Source: an uncultured Bacteroidia bacterium (GTDB lineage Bacteria > Bacteroidota > Bacteroidia > JANWVE01). From it: a DNA stretch of 64,000 bases. The stretch lies in assembly GCA_938028625.1 (NCBI GenBank), contig CALIZB010000003.1:12103-76102 (forward strand). Direction: 5' to 3'. The translations under genes and the position numbers were made by a program. The notes below the pieces were generated by a model, which saw only the letters and a program-made list of their open reading frames with translations, was not told the DNA's origin and searched no databases. Below, one piece after another: positions 1-10,153 of the stretch (position 1 is the first letter of the stretch; each line of letters begins with the position of its first letter).

Positions 1-635
1 CCAGAATAAGGGTCTTTTTCACCTTCTCTACGGGTAGTAAAGAAAATACGACTTTCGTCAGCAGTCAGTACGGGTACATAATCTGGAAACTTTCCGTTAA
101 TGTTAGGACCTAAATTTTTTATTTCTACATCAAGCGGGTTAAGTACCAGTTGCTTGCCATTTTCACAATTTCGAATAAGTTGAGCTATCTTTTCTGTACT
201 GATGTATAAACTTTTATCTTTTATTCTTGCGTTATAGGCATTGTGTACTCTTTTGTCATTAAGAGCTTGTTTGTAGTATTTAATAGCTTCATCAAAACGG
301 TTATTTAAATGCATGCCTCTACCCAGTAGATACACAAGTTCTTCTTCGCCGTTAGGTTTTATTTTATGTGCCTGTTCAAAGTATTTTAAGCACTCCTGAG
401 GTCTTACTCCGCGTTCGTGGCATAGTCCTGCCTTAAAGTTAGCCTCAAAAGAAGTAGGATCAATACTTGCGGCGATTTCAAAGTGATGAGCGGCTTCATC
501 AAATAAATCATTGTAGTAAGCTGTTTCTCCATCTTTCATGTGCTTGTGAAAATCTTTCTTGGTTCCAGCCGTCTGAGCATGTACCCAACTTTGAACAGCA
601 ATAAAAAGCAAGAATAAGAAAATGATAGGTTTCAT
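1..635 (-). CDS. Partial CDS: N-terminal part of a secreted TPR + PD40 (TolB-like beta-propeller) protein; the C-terminus lies beyond the window start.
   Basis: Reverse-strand translation from the ATG at 635 gives MKPIIFLFLLFIAVQSWVHAQ (signal peptide), then TPR-like helices, then ...KFPDYVPVLTADESRIFFTTRREGEKDPYS (PD40-like). It resembles the N-terminal half of the OmpA-family protein at 50959..52452. There are no stops in frame as far as position 1. Confidence 0.6.
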   Translation of the reverse strand, partial: MKPIIFLFLLFIAVQSWVHAQTAGTKKDFHKHMKDGETAYYNDLFDEAAHHFEIAASIDPTSFEANFKAGLCHERGVRPQECLKYFEQAHKIKPNGEEELVYLLGRGMHLNNRFDEAIKYYKQALNDKRVHNAYNARIKDKSLYISTEKIAQLIRNCENGKQLVLNPLDVEIKNLGPNINGKFPDYVPVLTADESRIFFTTRREGEKDPYS

Positions 636-783
636 ATGAATTTTTTGCAAAAATAAAGTTTTTTTCTGTATTACAAAAACTTGCCTGTTGCAAATTTGGC
701 GTTATGCCAAAGACAAATTCCATTTGATAGCTATTTTACTTTACTTTGTCATGTTTGTATAAGCAGGTTACAAAAATATAAAA

Positions 784-791
784 TATATTTG
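784..791 (+). promoter_or_regulatory. Bacteroidota sigma-A -7 box (TAnnTTTG: tatatttg) upstream of the M61 peptidase gene.
   Basis: The motif tatatttg lies 23 nt upstream of ATG 815, and a TTG is present about 20-30 nt further upstream. Confidence 0.3.
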
Positions 792-814
792 CAGTAATAA
801 TACAGCACAAGCTT

Positions 815-2632
815 ATGTATACAAAACATTTTTCTTTTCTTTTTTTAGTGCTTTTCAGTACTTTTTTTTCCTTTGGGCAGGAGAAATACCAATGTAGTAT
901 TGACCTAAATGACGTACAAGATAAAAAAATCAAAGTAAGTATCATCACCCCCAAAAATATAAAGGGAAAGTATATTTTTCAGTTTCCTAAAACAGTACCC
1001 GGTACGTATGCAAATTTAGATTATGGCAGGTTTATTAGTAATTTTCAAGCTTTTGATAGTAATAATCAGCCTTTACCTGTAAGCAAAAAAGAACCTAACA
1101 CTTTTATTATTTCAGGAAAGAATTTAAGTAAAGTTACTTATGAAGTAAGTCCTTCATGGGATACTCCCGTAGATAAAAATGCAATCTTTGAACCCGCAGG
1201 TACTAATTTTGAAAAAGATAAATGCTTTATTTTTAATCAAGGGGGAGTATTCGGATATTTGGAAGGCGCTATGATGTTGCCTTATGAAGTTACCATTACG
1301 CACCCTAAACATTTATTCGGAGCGTCAGGAATGGAAGTTGCTCGTAAAGATAGCCTCACTGATATATGGAAAGCCCCAAGCTATGTACGATTAGTAGATA
1401 ACCCAATTATGTATGCACCTTTAGATACTGCTATTCTTAAAGTTGGAAAAACGGAAATTCTTATTTCTTGTTATTCTATGGATAAAAATATCAATGCCAA
1501 AGCGCTTGTGCCTTCCATAGAACCTACTGTAAAAGCGTTACAAGCCTTCTTAAAAGAACTTCCTGTTAATAGATACGCATTTTTGTTTTATTTTAGCCAC
1601 TTGTTTAGTAGTAACTCACGTACAGGTGCATTTGGCGCACTAGAACATTCTTATAGTTCTCTGTATTATTTGCCTATAATGCCAATCTCAGCAGTGGTCA
1701 GACAGGTAAACGACGTAGCTTCACATGAGTTTTTACATATTATTACTCCGCTTAACCTGCACAGCCGAGAGATTCATGAGTTTAACTTTTCCAACCCTAA
1801 AATGTCCCAACATTTATGGCTGTATGAAGGCAGTACAGAGTATTATTCCCACCTCATTCAGTTAAAGGCAAAAATGATAGATTTAGATGACTTTTTCCGT
1901 GAAATACGAGGTAAAATTGAAGCCGCCAACATGATGCCCCGAGATATGAGCATGACAAAAATGAGTGCCAATGTATTAGACGAGAAATATCATAAAGCAT
2001 ACAGACACGTATATGATAAAGGCGCTTTACTTTGTATGGGATTAGATTTAGAAATTATGCGCCTTACACAAGGCAAAATGACCCTCCGTAAAGTAATAGA
2101 ACAACTCTCTAATAAATATGGTGCAGAACGTCCTTTCGAAGACAATAAACTTTTTGGTGAAATTGTTGCACTTACGCACCCTGATGTCAAAAAGTTTATA
2201 GACAAGCACATTTCAGGTACAGAACCCTTAGACTATGCGGCATTATTTAAAACAGTGGGTATTCGTTATGAGAGGCTTGGCAAGATAAGAGTTGCTTCTC
2301 TCGAGGCCAGTGGTATAGAACTCGGCATGCTGAACAGTTCCAAAACCCAGATTACCAAAGACTGCCCTGAATACGGCTTAAAATACGGAGACTTTGTAAA
2401 GTCTATCAATGGGATAGAAATATCTATTTTTACTGCTATGACTATTGGAGAAGAAATTAAATCCAGCGCAGGAAAACCTATTAAAATTGTAGTAGAGCGT
2501 GATGGAAAAACTATTGAAGTAGAAAAGCCACTAAAAGTTGTAGAAGATGATGCTTCTCATGTTTTTGTATTAGAAGATACCAAAGACCCTGTTGTCTTGC
2601 AATGTCGTAAGGTATGGATGACGAATGAATAA
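815..2632 (+). CDS. Peptidase M61 (glycyl aminopeptidase-like) zinc metallopeptidase with a C-terminal PDZ domain.
   Basis: The 605-aa protein has a signal-like N-terminus, an HExxH motif (VASHEFLHII), a downstream EGSTEYY glutamate, and a C-terminal PDZ-like segment (GDFVKSINGIEI). Confidence 0.55.
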   Translation: MYTKHFSFLFLVLFSTFFSFGQEKYQCSIDLNDVQDKKIKVSIITPKNIKGKYIFQFPKTVPGTYANLDYGRFISNFQAFDSNNQPLPVSKKEPNTFIISGKNLSKVTYEVSPSWDTPVDKNAIFEPAGTNFEKDKCFIFNQGGVFGYLEGAMMLPYEVTITHPKHLFGASGMEVARKDSLTDIWKAPSYVRLVDNPIMYAPLDTAILKVGKTEILISCYSMDKNINAKALVPSIEPTVKALQAFLKELPVNRYAFLFYFSHLFSSNSRTGAFGALEHSYSSLYYLPIMPISAVVRQVNDVASHEFLHIITPLNLHSREIHEFNFSNPKMSQHLWLYEGSTEYYSHLIQLKAKMIDLDDFFREIRGKIEAANMMPRDMSMTKMSANVLDEKYHKAYRHVYDKGALLCMGLDLEIMRLTQGKMTLRKVIEQLSNKYGAERPFEDNKLFGEIVALTHPDVKKFIDKHISGTEPLDYAALFKTVGIRYERLGKIRVASLEASGIELGMLNSSKTQITKDCPEYGLKYGDFVKSINGIEISIFTAMTIGEEIKSSAGKPIKIVVERDGKTIEVEKPLKVVEDDASHVFVLEDTKDPVVLQCRKVWMTNE

Positions 2633-2650
2633 AACTACTACGCTTACAGT

Positions 2651-4345
2651 ATGCTGACTGCTATTAAAATTAAGAATTTCAAGGTATTTGAAGAAACAGA
2701 CTGGATACCTATTCAAGGCAATGTTGTATTTATCGGACCTAATAATTCAGGTAAAACCACTATTCTACAAGCTTTGTCTTTATGGCACTATGGCTTACAA
2801 AAATGGATATCGCAAAGAAAAAATAGTAAAGCCGTTAGCGCAGTAGTAATGAATAGAAAAGATTTATATGCTATACCTATTTTACATTCAAGGCATATAT
2901 GGAACAGGTTTTTTACACATAAATCTCAAAAAAATACAAATCAAAAAAGTAAAACTGCACTTTTTAATAACATAGAAATTAGCGTAAAAGGTATCCATGA
3001 GAATAAAGAATGGACTTGTACTCTTGAATTTAGATACAATAGTTCAGAAACTATTTATACAAAACTGATTGAAAAATCATTAGATTATGACGTATTAGAA
3101 AAAATTCAGATTGCTTTTTTACCCCCTATGTCGGGGCTAAAATTGGAAGAGGAAAAGTTATTATTTTCTACCGTAGAAGCAAGAATAGGTGAAGGTAGAA
3201 CTGCCGAAGTACTTGGTAATTTATTTTATCAGGTATGTTATCCTGAGTCTGATGTACTGCGAAAAAATAGAAACCCTGAGGAAGATTGGAAATATATTCA
3301 ACAAACAATCAAAGAATGGTTTAATGTAGAACCTCAAAAACCTGAAATAGACAGCAGAGGTGCTATAAAAATAAAATACATCAATGCTGATAAAATTGAA
3401 ATGGAAATCAATTCAGCAGGTAGAGGTATGCAACAAATTTTACTTTTACTCTCCTATCTAATGCTGAAGCCTAATACAGTATTTTTATTAGATGAACCTG
3501 ACGCACATCTTGAAATTCTTAAGCAAGAACAGATATACAAGTTACTCTCTCATTTAGCAAAAGAAAAAAAATCTCAAATTTTAATAGCTAGTCATTCAGA
3601 GGTAGTCTTAAATCAAGCCGCTTCTAACCAAGATACTGTAATTGCAGTTCTACCTTTTAGCAAACCTGTCGTAATGGAAAAAACTAGCCATATTCTCAAA
3701 TCTCTCAAAACTATTCCGATTAGTGAATACTATTTAGCTCAACTCAGAGGCTGGATTTTATACACAGAAGGTACTACTGACCGGAATATCTTAATAAAAT
3801 TCGCAGAAAAATTAAATCACTCTGTTTTACCTTACTTAAAAAATTGTTTTCACAAACCTTTGAATATCAATGACCCTAATAAAGCTCGTGAACATTTCTC
3901 TGCTTTACAATCCGCATACCCTAAACTGATAGGCATTGCTGTATATGATAACATCTCTAATTCCCTAAATACCATGTCTGGACTTTACGAGGATATGTGG
4001 CGCAAACGTGAAATAGAAAATTATTTTTATAGTCAAGATACTTTATTAAAATGGGCATTAGGTAAGCAAAACGATTTATTCGCTTCTAATAATGAGAAAG
4101 CTATTCAGGACGCATTAGATGATGTATTGACAGGTGCGGCTAAAAAAAACCCAAAAGATGAGTATTGGAATACTTGTAAAGCAAGTGAAGAAATAGAAAA
4201 AATACTAAGAAAATACTATGAAAACCTTAACATATATGGAAATACTTCAAAAAATAATTTTATAGAATTGATAGATTATCAATGTGAATTTGACCCTGAG
4301 ATTACAGAGAAATTAAACTTCATTTATGAACATATACCCAAATAA
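2651..4345 (+). CDS. Fused ABC-type ATPase (AAA_15/AAA_21) plus C-terminal Toprim-like (DUF4435/DUF4276-like) domain. Candidate class-1 OLD-family nuclease or fused PARIS AriAB-like defence protein.
   Basis: Walker A is GPNNSGKTT, Walker B with D-loop is VFLLDEPDAHLE, and the H-loop is IASHSEV. The C-terminal half carries a Toprim-type acidic motif WILYTEGTTDRNIL, similar to CEGKTEQNF of the DUF4276 protein at 18828. It then has AVYDN and REIENYFY. It is a single gene wedged between two peptidase genes with 18-bp and 51-bp spacers. Confidence 0.6.
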   Translation: MLTAIKIKNFKVFEETDWIPIQGNVVFIGPNNSGKTTILQALSLWHYGLQKWISQRKNSKAVSAVVMNRKDLYAIPILHSRHIWNRFFTHKSQKNTNQKSKTALFNNIEISVKGIHENKEWTCTLEFRYNSSETIYTKLIEKSLDYDVLEKIQIAFLPPMSGLKLEEEKLLFSTVEARIGEGRTAEVLGNLFYQVCYPESDVLRKNRNPEEDWKYIQQTIKEWFNVEPQKPEIDSRGAIKIKYINADKIEMEINSAGRGMQQILLLLSYLMLKPNTVFLLDEPDAHLEILKQEQIYKLLSHLAKEKKSQILIASHSEVVLNQAASNQDTVIAVLPFSKPVVMEKTSHILKSLKTIPISEYYLAQLRGWILYTEGTTDRNILIKFAEKLNHSVLPYLKNCFHKPLNINDPNKAREHFSALQSAYPKLIGIAVYDNISNSLNTMSGLYEDMWRKREIENYFYSQDTLLKWALGKQNDLFASNNEKAIQDALDDVLTGAAKKNPKDEYWNTCKASEEIEKILRKYYENLNIYGNTSKNNFIELIDYQCEFDPEITEKLNFIYEHIPK

Positions 4346-4383
4346 AACTCTCAATAAAAGTTTATTCTCAATCATATTGTTTA

Positions 4384-4391
4384 TACCTTTG
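4384..4391 (+). promoter_or_regulatory. TAnnTTTG -7 box (tacctttg) immediately upstream of the DPP-IV gene, implying a very short or absent 5' UTR.
   Basis: The motif ends 5 nt before ATG 4397. Confidence 0.3.
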
Positions 4392-4396
4392 CACTT

Positions 4397-6556
4397 ATGA
4401 AAAAAAATATTCTTTTTATTTATATTTCTCTTTTACTGTACTACGGATATTCTCAAAATGGTAGTAAAGAGATAGTTTTAGAAGATATTTGGTTAAAGTA
4501 CACATTTTATCAAAAACGCCCCAGTGGTATTAATTGGATGAAAAATAGCAAGTATTATTCTGATTTATTAGAAGGAGGCATAATTGCTAAATATGATGTT
4601 ACCACAGGAAACAAGATAGAAGACCTTTACAAAAATGAGGCTAGATTAGAAATTGAAGACTACAACTTTAATGAAGATGAAAGTAAGATATTAGTTAGTA
4701 CAGCATCAGAACGTATCTATCGCCGTTCTTCAAAATACAATTTTCACGTTATTGATGTAAGAACACAAAAAGCAGTCCCTTTATCTAAAAATGGCAAACA
4801 AATGCACGCCACTTTCTCACCCAATAGCCAAATGATTGCTTTTGTAAGAGATAATAACCTGTATATCAAAGACTTAAATACAGATAAGGAAATACAAATT
4901 ACCAAAGATGGCAAATCAAATGAAGTTATCAACGGCAGCGCAGACTGGGTATATGAAGAAGAATTTAGTATGTCCAAAGCATTTCAGTGGTCGCCTGATG
5001 GGCAGAAACTTGCTTTTATCCGTTTTGATGAAAGTAAAGTAAAAGAATTTTCTATGACAAATTGGGGAAAACTTTATCCCGAAGAATATAAATTCAAATA
5101 TCCCAAGGCAGGAGAAGCTAATTCTATTGTAACCGTATGGATTTATGATGTTAAATCTAAAAAACTTTTACAAGTAGATACAGGTAAAGAAACAGATATG
5201 TATATACCCCGAATTTATTGGACAAAAGATAACAGATTAGCTTTTTTACAACTTAATCGCTTACAAAATGAAATAAATTTATTTTTTGTAGATACTAAAA
5301 CAGGAAAATCTACACTCATTTTACAAGAAAAATCTGATACCTACATTGACCTCAACAACACTGATTTTCTGCGCTTTTTAGAGAATGGTAAAGAATTTAT
5401 ATGGGGTTCAGAACGAGATGGGTTCATTCAACTCTATTTATATGATATTCAAGGTAATCTCATTCGCAGAATAACGGACAACAAAGGAGATATTACGGCA
5501 CTTTCTTATATTGATGAAAAAAAACGGCTTATTTACTATATCTCGGCAGAGGTAAGCCCATTAGAAAGGCATCTATTCAGGATTGATTTTGAAGGTAAAA
5601 ATAAAGTTCAACTTTCTACACAAGCAGGTACAAACAGTGTAAACGTCAGTGAGGACGGACAGTATTATATTCTTTTTCATACTGCGTCAGATAGTCCTTT
5701 AAGAGCTACTTTGCATACTTCGGAAGGAGCTATTATTCGCACTTTGGAAGATAATGCAGAACTTCGCAAACGCTTGCAGGAATACAGTTTTTCTCCAAAA
5801 GAATTTTTCAAGTTTACGACTTCACAAAACATAGAACTCAACGGCTGGATGATAAAACCCAAAAATTTTGATGCATCTAAAAAATACCCTGTGATTATGT
5901 TTGTTTATGGCGGACCTGGTAACCAAACCGTAGAGAACATGTATGACAATTTTGACTTTTTCTGGTATCAGACTTTGGCACAAAAAGGTTATGTTATTGT
6001 ATCCGTAGATAACCGCGGTACTGACGGCAGAGGAGCGGCTTTCAAAAAATCCACCTATAAAAATCTTGGCAAATTAGAGTGCGAAGACCAAATAGAAGTA
6101 GCTAAATATTTAGCTTCACAATCTTGGGTAGATAGCAAACGTATAGGTATCTGGGGCTGGAGTTTTGGCGGGTACTTAACCTCATTATGTATGACCAAAG
6201 GCGCGGATTATTTCAAAGCAGGTATTGCTGTTGCGCCTGTAACCAACTGGCGTTACTATGATACTATTTATACAGAACGTTTTTTACAAACTCCCCAACT
6301 TAATCCCATAGGTTATGATGATAATTCTCCTATTACACACGCAGGTAAAATGAAAGGTAAATATCTCATTATTCACGGTACAGCTGATGATAATGTTCAT
6401 TTTCAGAACGCCGTAGATTTTGTAGATGCACTTATTAAAAATAATGTACAGTTTGAAAGTTTTTATTATCCTAACCGAAATCACGGAATTTATGGTGGAA
6501 ACACAAGATATCACCTATACAGAATGATGACTAATTTCTGGATAAAAAACCTATAA
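4397..6556 (+). CDS. Dipeptidyl-peptidase IV (S9B family prolyl oligopeptidase), secreted.
   Basis: The 719-aa protein has a signal peptide and a DPPIV N-terminal propeller region (WSPDGQKLAF). The catalytic serine motif is GIWGWSFGGY, with Asp and His downstream (GTADDNVHF). Confidence 0.85.
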   Translation: MKKNILFIYISLLLYYGYSQNGSKEIVLEDIWLKYTFYQKRPSGINWMKNSKYYSDLLEGGIIAKYDVTTGNKIEDLYKNEARLEIEDYNFNEDESKILVSTASERIYRRSSKYNFHVIDVRTQKAVPLSKNGKQMHATFSPNSQMIAFVRDNNLYIKDLNTDKEIQITKDGKSNEVINGSADWVYEEEFSMSKAFQWSPDGQKLAFIRFDESKVKEFSMTNWGKLYPEEYKFKYPKAGEANSIVTVWIYDVKSKKLLQVDTGKETDMYIPRIYWTKDNRLAFLQLNRLQNEINLFFVDTKTGKSTLILQEKSDTYIDLNNTDFLRFLENGKEFIWGSERDGFIQLYLYDIQGNLIRRITDNKGDITALSYIDEKKRLIYYISAEVSPLERHLFRIDFEGKNKVQLSTQAGTNSVNVSEDGQYYILFHTASDSPLRATLHTSEGAIIRTLEDNAELRKRLQEYSFSPKEFFKFTTSQNIELNGWMIKPKNFDASKKYPVIMFVYGGPGNQTVENMYDNFDFFWYQTLAQKGYVIVSVDNRGTDGRGAAFKKSTYKNLGKLECEDQIEVAKYLASQSWVDSKRIGIWGWSFGGYLTSLCMTKGADYFKAGIAVAPVTNWRYYDTIYTERFLQTPQLNPIGYDDNSPITHAGKMKGKYLIIHGTADDNVHFQNAVDFVDALIKNNVQFESFYYPNRNHGIYGGNTRYHLYRMMTNFWIKNL

Positions 6557-6581
6557 TAACCATAAAAATAAAACTTTTTAC

Positions 6582-7553
6582 ATGATTTCAGTAATTGGTG
6601 GAGGAAGCCTTGCCACAGCCTTAGTAAATATATTAGCACAGCATAGTACAGTACACTGGTGGATGCGAGACCCTAATCAAGCCGAACACATCAGAATACA
6701 CAGACAAAATCCCAAATATCTCCCTGATTTATACATACCAGAAAATATATTTCCTACTCATGAATGGGATAAAATACTTGAAAACACCGAAGTTATGTTT
6801 TTGGTTGTGCCGTCTGCTTTTCTCAAAAGTGTTCTACCTGATACTCTACCTCAAAATATACTGTATGTCAGTGGCATAAAAGGTTTACTATATCCTGAAA
6901 ATCAAACAGTTTCACAATATCTTACGCATAAATACCACGTTCCAGAAAGTCAAATAGTAGTTTTTAGCGGACCTTCGCATGCAGAAGAAATTGCCCAGCA
7001 TCAACTTTCTTATTTGCATATCGCGGGTACAAGTACGATACATTTACAAAAAATACAGAAACTATTAACACAATATTATCTGAAAACGACACTCACCGAA
7101 GATATACTCGGTATAGAATATCTTGGTGCTATTAAAAATATCATGGCATTAGGTATGGGCATCATCAACGGATTAGGTTACGGAGATAACTTCAAAGCTA
7201 CTTTTTTTACCTTTATTATTAAAGAAATACAACAGATATTGCAGTTTTTGTGTCCTGATACAGAGAGAAATATATTAGACAATGTATATCTTGGTGACGT
7301 GCTTGTTACCTGTTATAGTCAGTTCAGTAGAAACCGTATGTTTGGCAACATGATAGGCAAAGGTTATTCTGTAAAATCGGCACAGTTAGAAATGAATATG
7401 GTTGCCGAAGGATATTATGCGTTACAAGGTATTTACAGTCTGTTACAAAGTAAAAAAACAGAGTTTTCTATTGTTGAAATGCTGTACAAGATTATATATG
7501 AATTTGCACCTCCCCGTAAAACTGTACAAAAATGGATAGAAACGCATCTATAA
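6582..7553 (+). CDS. gpsA: NAD(P)H-dependent glycerol-3-phosphate dehydrogenase (divergent GpsA).
   Basis: The N-terminal Rossmann motif is VIGGGSLATAL. Other conserved GpsA matches are GPSHAEE, GAIKNIMALGMGIINGLGYGDN, TCYSQFSRNRMFG and SAQ...VAEGY. Confidence 0.75.
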   Translation: MISVIGGGSLATALVNILAQHSTVHWWMRDPNQAEHIRIHRQNPKYLPDLYIPENIFPTHEWDKILENTEVMFLVVPSAFLKSVLPDTLPQNILYVSGIKGLLYPENQTVSQYLTHKYHVPESQIVVFSGPSHAEEIAQHQLSYLHIAGTSTIHLQKIQKLLTQYYLKTTLTEDILGIEYLGAIKNIMALGMGIINGLGYGDNFKATFFTFIIKEIQQILQFLCPDTERNILDNVYLGDVLVTCYSQFSRNRMFGNMIGKGYSVKSAQLEMNMVAEGYYALQGIYSLLQSKKTEFSIVEMLYKIIYEFAPPRKTVQKWIETHL

Positions 7554-8311
7554 CCCCTAAAATTGCTGTTTTATTGGATAAACTATATGAAAAATATCAT
7601 ACTACTGATTTTATTTTTGATGACCCTATATCTATTCCTCACGCATATACCCAAAGGCAAGATATAGAGATTACAGGTTTTTTTGCCTCTATACTTGCCT
7701 GGGGACAACGCAAAACTATCATAAATAAATGTAAAGAACTTTTTACCCGCATGGACAATGCCCCGTATCAGTTTGTACTACATCATACAAAAAAAGATTA
7801 TAAACACTTGCAAGGATTTAAGCATCGTACTTTTAATGAAATAGATTTACTTCATTTTGTATCGCAATTACAGCAAATTTATCAAGAATATGATAGTTTA
7901 GAACCTTTATTTACAGTAGAACACACAGAGGATAATGTACAATCTGGTTTGGTGAAATTTCATAAAGCATTTTTAAATAATGCACCTTTACGCACACATA
8001 AACATATCAGCACACCCATTAAAAACAGTGCTTGCAAACGAATAAATATGTTTTTGCGATGGATGGTACGTCAAAACAGCTCTATAGACTTTGGATTATG
8101 GACAAAAATACAACCTTCACAATTAGTTTGTCCATTAGATATACATGTACATCGCGCTGCTGTACAATTAAAGCTGATAGATGAAAAAGACGCTTCTACT
8201 TGGAAAACTGCTATAAAACTCACAGAAATTCTTAAAACTTTATCTCCCGATGACCCTGTAAAATATGATTTTGCTCTTTTTGGGTGGAGCAGATATGAAC
8301 TTGAAACATAA
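7532..8311 (+). CDS. TIGR02757 / DUF2400 family protein.
   Basis: The 259-aa protein carries the DPISIPHAY...FFASILAWGQRK signature typical of the Bacteroidota TIGR02757 family. It overlaps the gpsA 3' end by 22 nt. Confidence 0.5.
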   Translation: MDRNASITPKIAVLLDKLYEKYHTTDFIFDDPISIPHAYTQRQDIEITGFFASILAWGQRKTIINKCKELFTRMDNAPYQFVLHHTKKDYKHLQGFKHRTFNEIDLLHFVSQLQQIYQEYDSLEPLFTVEHTEDNVQSGLVKFHKAFLNNAPLRTHKHISTPIKNSACKRINMFLRWMVRQNSSIDFGLWTKIQPSQLVCPLDIHVHRAAVQLKLIDEKDASTWKTAIKLTEILKTLSPDDPVKYDFALFGWSRYELET

Positions 8312-10042
8312 TTACACCTCTTCCCAATATATTTTATCTTTAACAATTACTACTGCTATTGATTTTAATTTTTGAAGGGTTTTAAGTTCTGCGTCTACCG
8401 TTAAATACTTTTTGAGCTGGTTTTTGGCTAATTCCATAATTTTTGATAACCTACTTTCTTCGCTTTGTTTTAGATACTTGATTTCTAACACATATTGATA
8501 CGGTTCTGCGGATAAATCAGAACGTTTTAGAACTTCTAAATCTAGGTATCCTTCATTTTTTACCTCTCGCTCTGAACGAATGTAATAAAATGAAGCATGA
8601 TGTAAATATGCCATCATTAACGCTTTTATGTATTTTTCATCAAATCTTTGATAATCCCGATTAGATAAGTTTTCTAATATACGCTGTATCTCCTTAAAAA
8701 ATAATTCTATATTCCCATACGCGCATGCTTCTACACTCTTTTCTATGCTGTTAGTGTCATATTTGAGTATCGCTTTTTCTTGTATCACTAACGCATAATA
8801 CTGCCAAAATAAACGCCCTATCACAAAATTAGGTATCATAAAATTAGGATAACCAGTCTGAGCATCTATTCCAGATAAAGTTAAATTTCCAAGATAATAT
8901 AAAAAATTGATAAATGCGGTTCTATCAAATGGTTTTTCAAATAAAAATTGATATAACAATGGACAACTAATTTTATCATTTTCTAAAATTTCTTGTAATA
9001 CTTCTATATTCTCTGCATAGTTTGCTACCTCAAACAGCTTCATTAACTTACCATAATCAGGCATAATGTTAGGGTCTAACATCTCTCTCGGATAAGATTG
9101 TTTGTACTTAAAAGCATCTAAAAAATATAAAACCATATCGGGATTATAGAGAGTATGAGTTATTTCTGGATTAAACTTATATCCATTATACCATTTTCTT
9201 AAATCATTCATTATTCTGTCTTTTTGGTTATTATCAATTAAAACTAATTCTAAAAAATCTTTTACTTCATCTTCTACAAAACCAAGCATATCATGAAATA
9301 CCTCATTATTAGACAAGTGTTTTCCAATATTAAATCCGCTGGTAAGACTATCCATGGTCATAGGGGATACTCCTGTAATGAAAAATCTATCTACTATACC
9401 CTGTTGTGTGGCTATTTTTAGAGTTTCATAAAACTTACGAACATACCCATTTTGAGATACAGAACGCTTGAACTCTGCTAAATCACGTACTAATATCTCA
9501 TTCGTAAAATGTTCATATTCATCTATTATTACATATATGGGTGTGCTATCGTTATTTTGTTTTTGCCATGCATCATAATACTCAAAAAAATTATCCATTA
9601 AGTTAGCAGGAGAACTAGATAATAAAATACTCTCAACAATATCAGCACAAAATAAATTATACCGATACATAAAATTTTTGAGAGTATGTTTTAACTTGCT
9701 TAAAAAGTATTTGTAAGTATGTTCTTCTGTTTGTGTGTCAATACCACTGAAATCAAATTTTAATACTCGGTATTGATTAGCTAATGAAGTAGGATTTTTT
9801 CCAATGTAATACTTTGAAAAAATACCTTGAAAGTTGTTCTTTTCTAATATATCATAATAATACTCCAATATAGATACAAAAAGACTTTTTCCAAATCGCC
9901 GAGGTCGTAAAAAAATCACGTATCTTTCTTCCTCTTCAAGTTGTTCTATATACTTTGTTTTATCTACAAAAACATAGTTGTTTTTTGTAAGTTGTGCAAA
10001 ATTACTGATACCATACGGAAATTTTATACGCGGTCTATCCAT
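8312..10042 (-). CDS. Predicted AAA-ATPase (PF09820-like) fused to a C-terminal PD-(D/E)XK nuclease domain (PDDEXK_9-like).
   Basis: The N-terminal signature is YGISNFAQLTKNNYVFVDKTKYI...FLRPRRFGKSLFVSILEYYY. The C-terminal region has E/D/K residues (YVLEIKY). This architecture is common and multi-copy in Bacteroidota. The stop abuts the convergent TIGR02757 gene with zero gap. Confidence 0.7.
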   Translation of the reverse strand: MDRPRIKFPYGISNFAQLTKNNYVFVDKTKYIEQLEEEERYVIFLRPRRFGKSLFVSILEYYYDILEKNNFQGIFSKYYIGKNPTSLANQYRVLKFDFSGIDTQTEEHTYKYFLSKLKHTLKNFMYRYNLFCADIVESILLSSSPANLMDNFFEYYDAWQKQNNDSTPIYVIIDEYEHFTNEILVRDLAEFKRSVSQNGYVRKFYETLKIATQQGIVDRFFITGVSPMTMDSLTSGFNIGKHLSNNEVFHDMLGFVEDEVKDFLELVLIDNNQKDRIMNDLRKWYNGYKFNPEITHTLYNPDMVLYFLDAFKYKQSYPREMLDPNIMPDYGKLMKLFEVANYAENIEVLQEILENDKISCPLLYQFLFEKPFDRTAFINFLYYLGNLTLSGIDAQTGYPNFMIPNFVIGRLFWQYYALVIQEKAILKYDTNSIEKSVEACAYGNIELFFKEIQRILENLSNRDYQRFDEKYIKALMMAYLHHASFYYIRSEREVKNEGYLDLEVLKRSDLSAEPYQYVLEIKYLKQSEESRLSKIMELAKNQLKKYLTVDAELKTLQKLKSIAVVIVKDKIYWEEV

Positions 10043-10153
10043 TGAAACAAAAATAGTAAAATTTAGAAACTATGGAGTAATGAAATTAAAAAGCCGCCAT
10101 TGCTGACGGCTATACATTATTACTTTAGCGTAATGGTTACTTATCTTGTTCTC

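Noticed and set aside
2651-4345. Assignment of the fused ATPase-Toprim protein as Gabija GajA.
   Set aside because: No UvrD-like GajB helicase gene is adjacent. The nearest genes are peptidases. A single-gene class-1 OLD or a fused PARIS-like architecture is more parsimonious.
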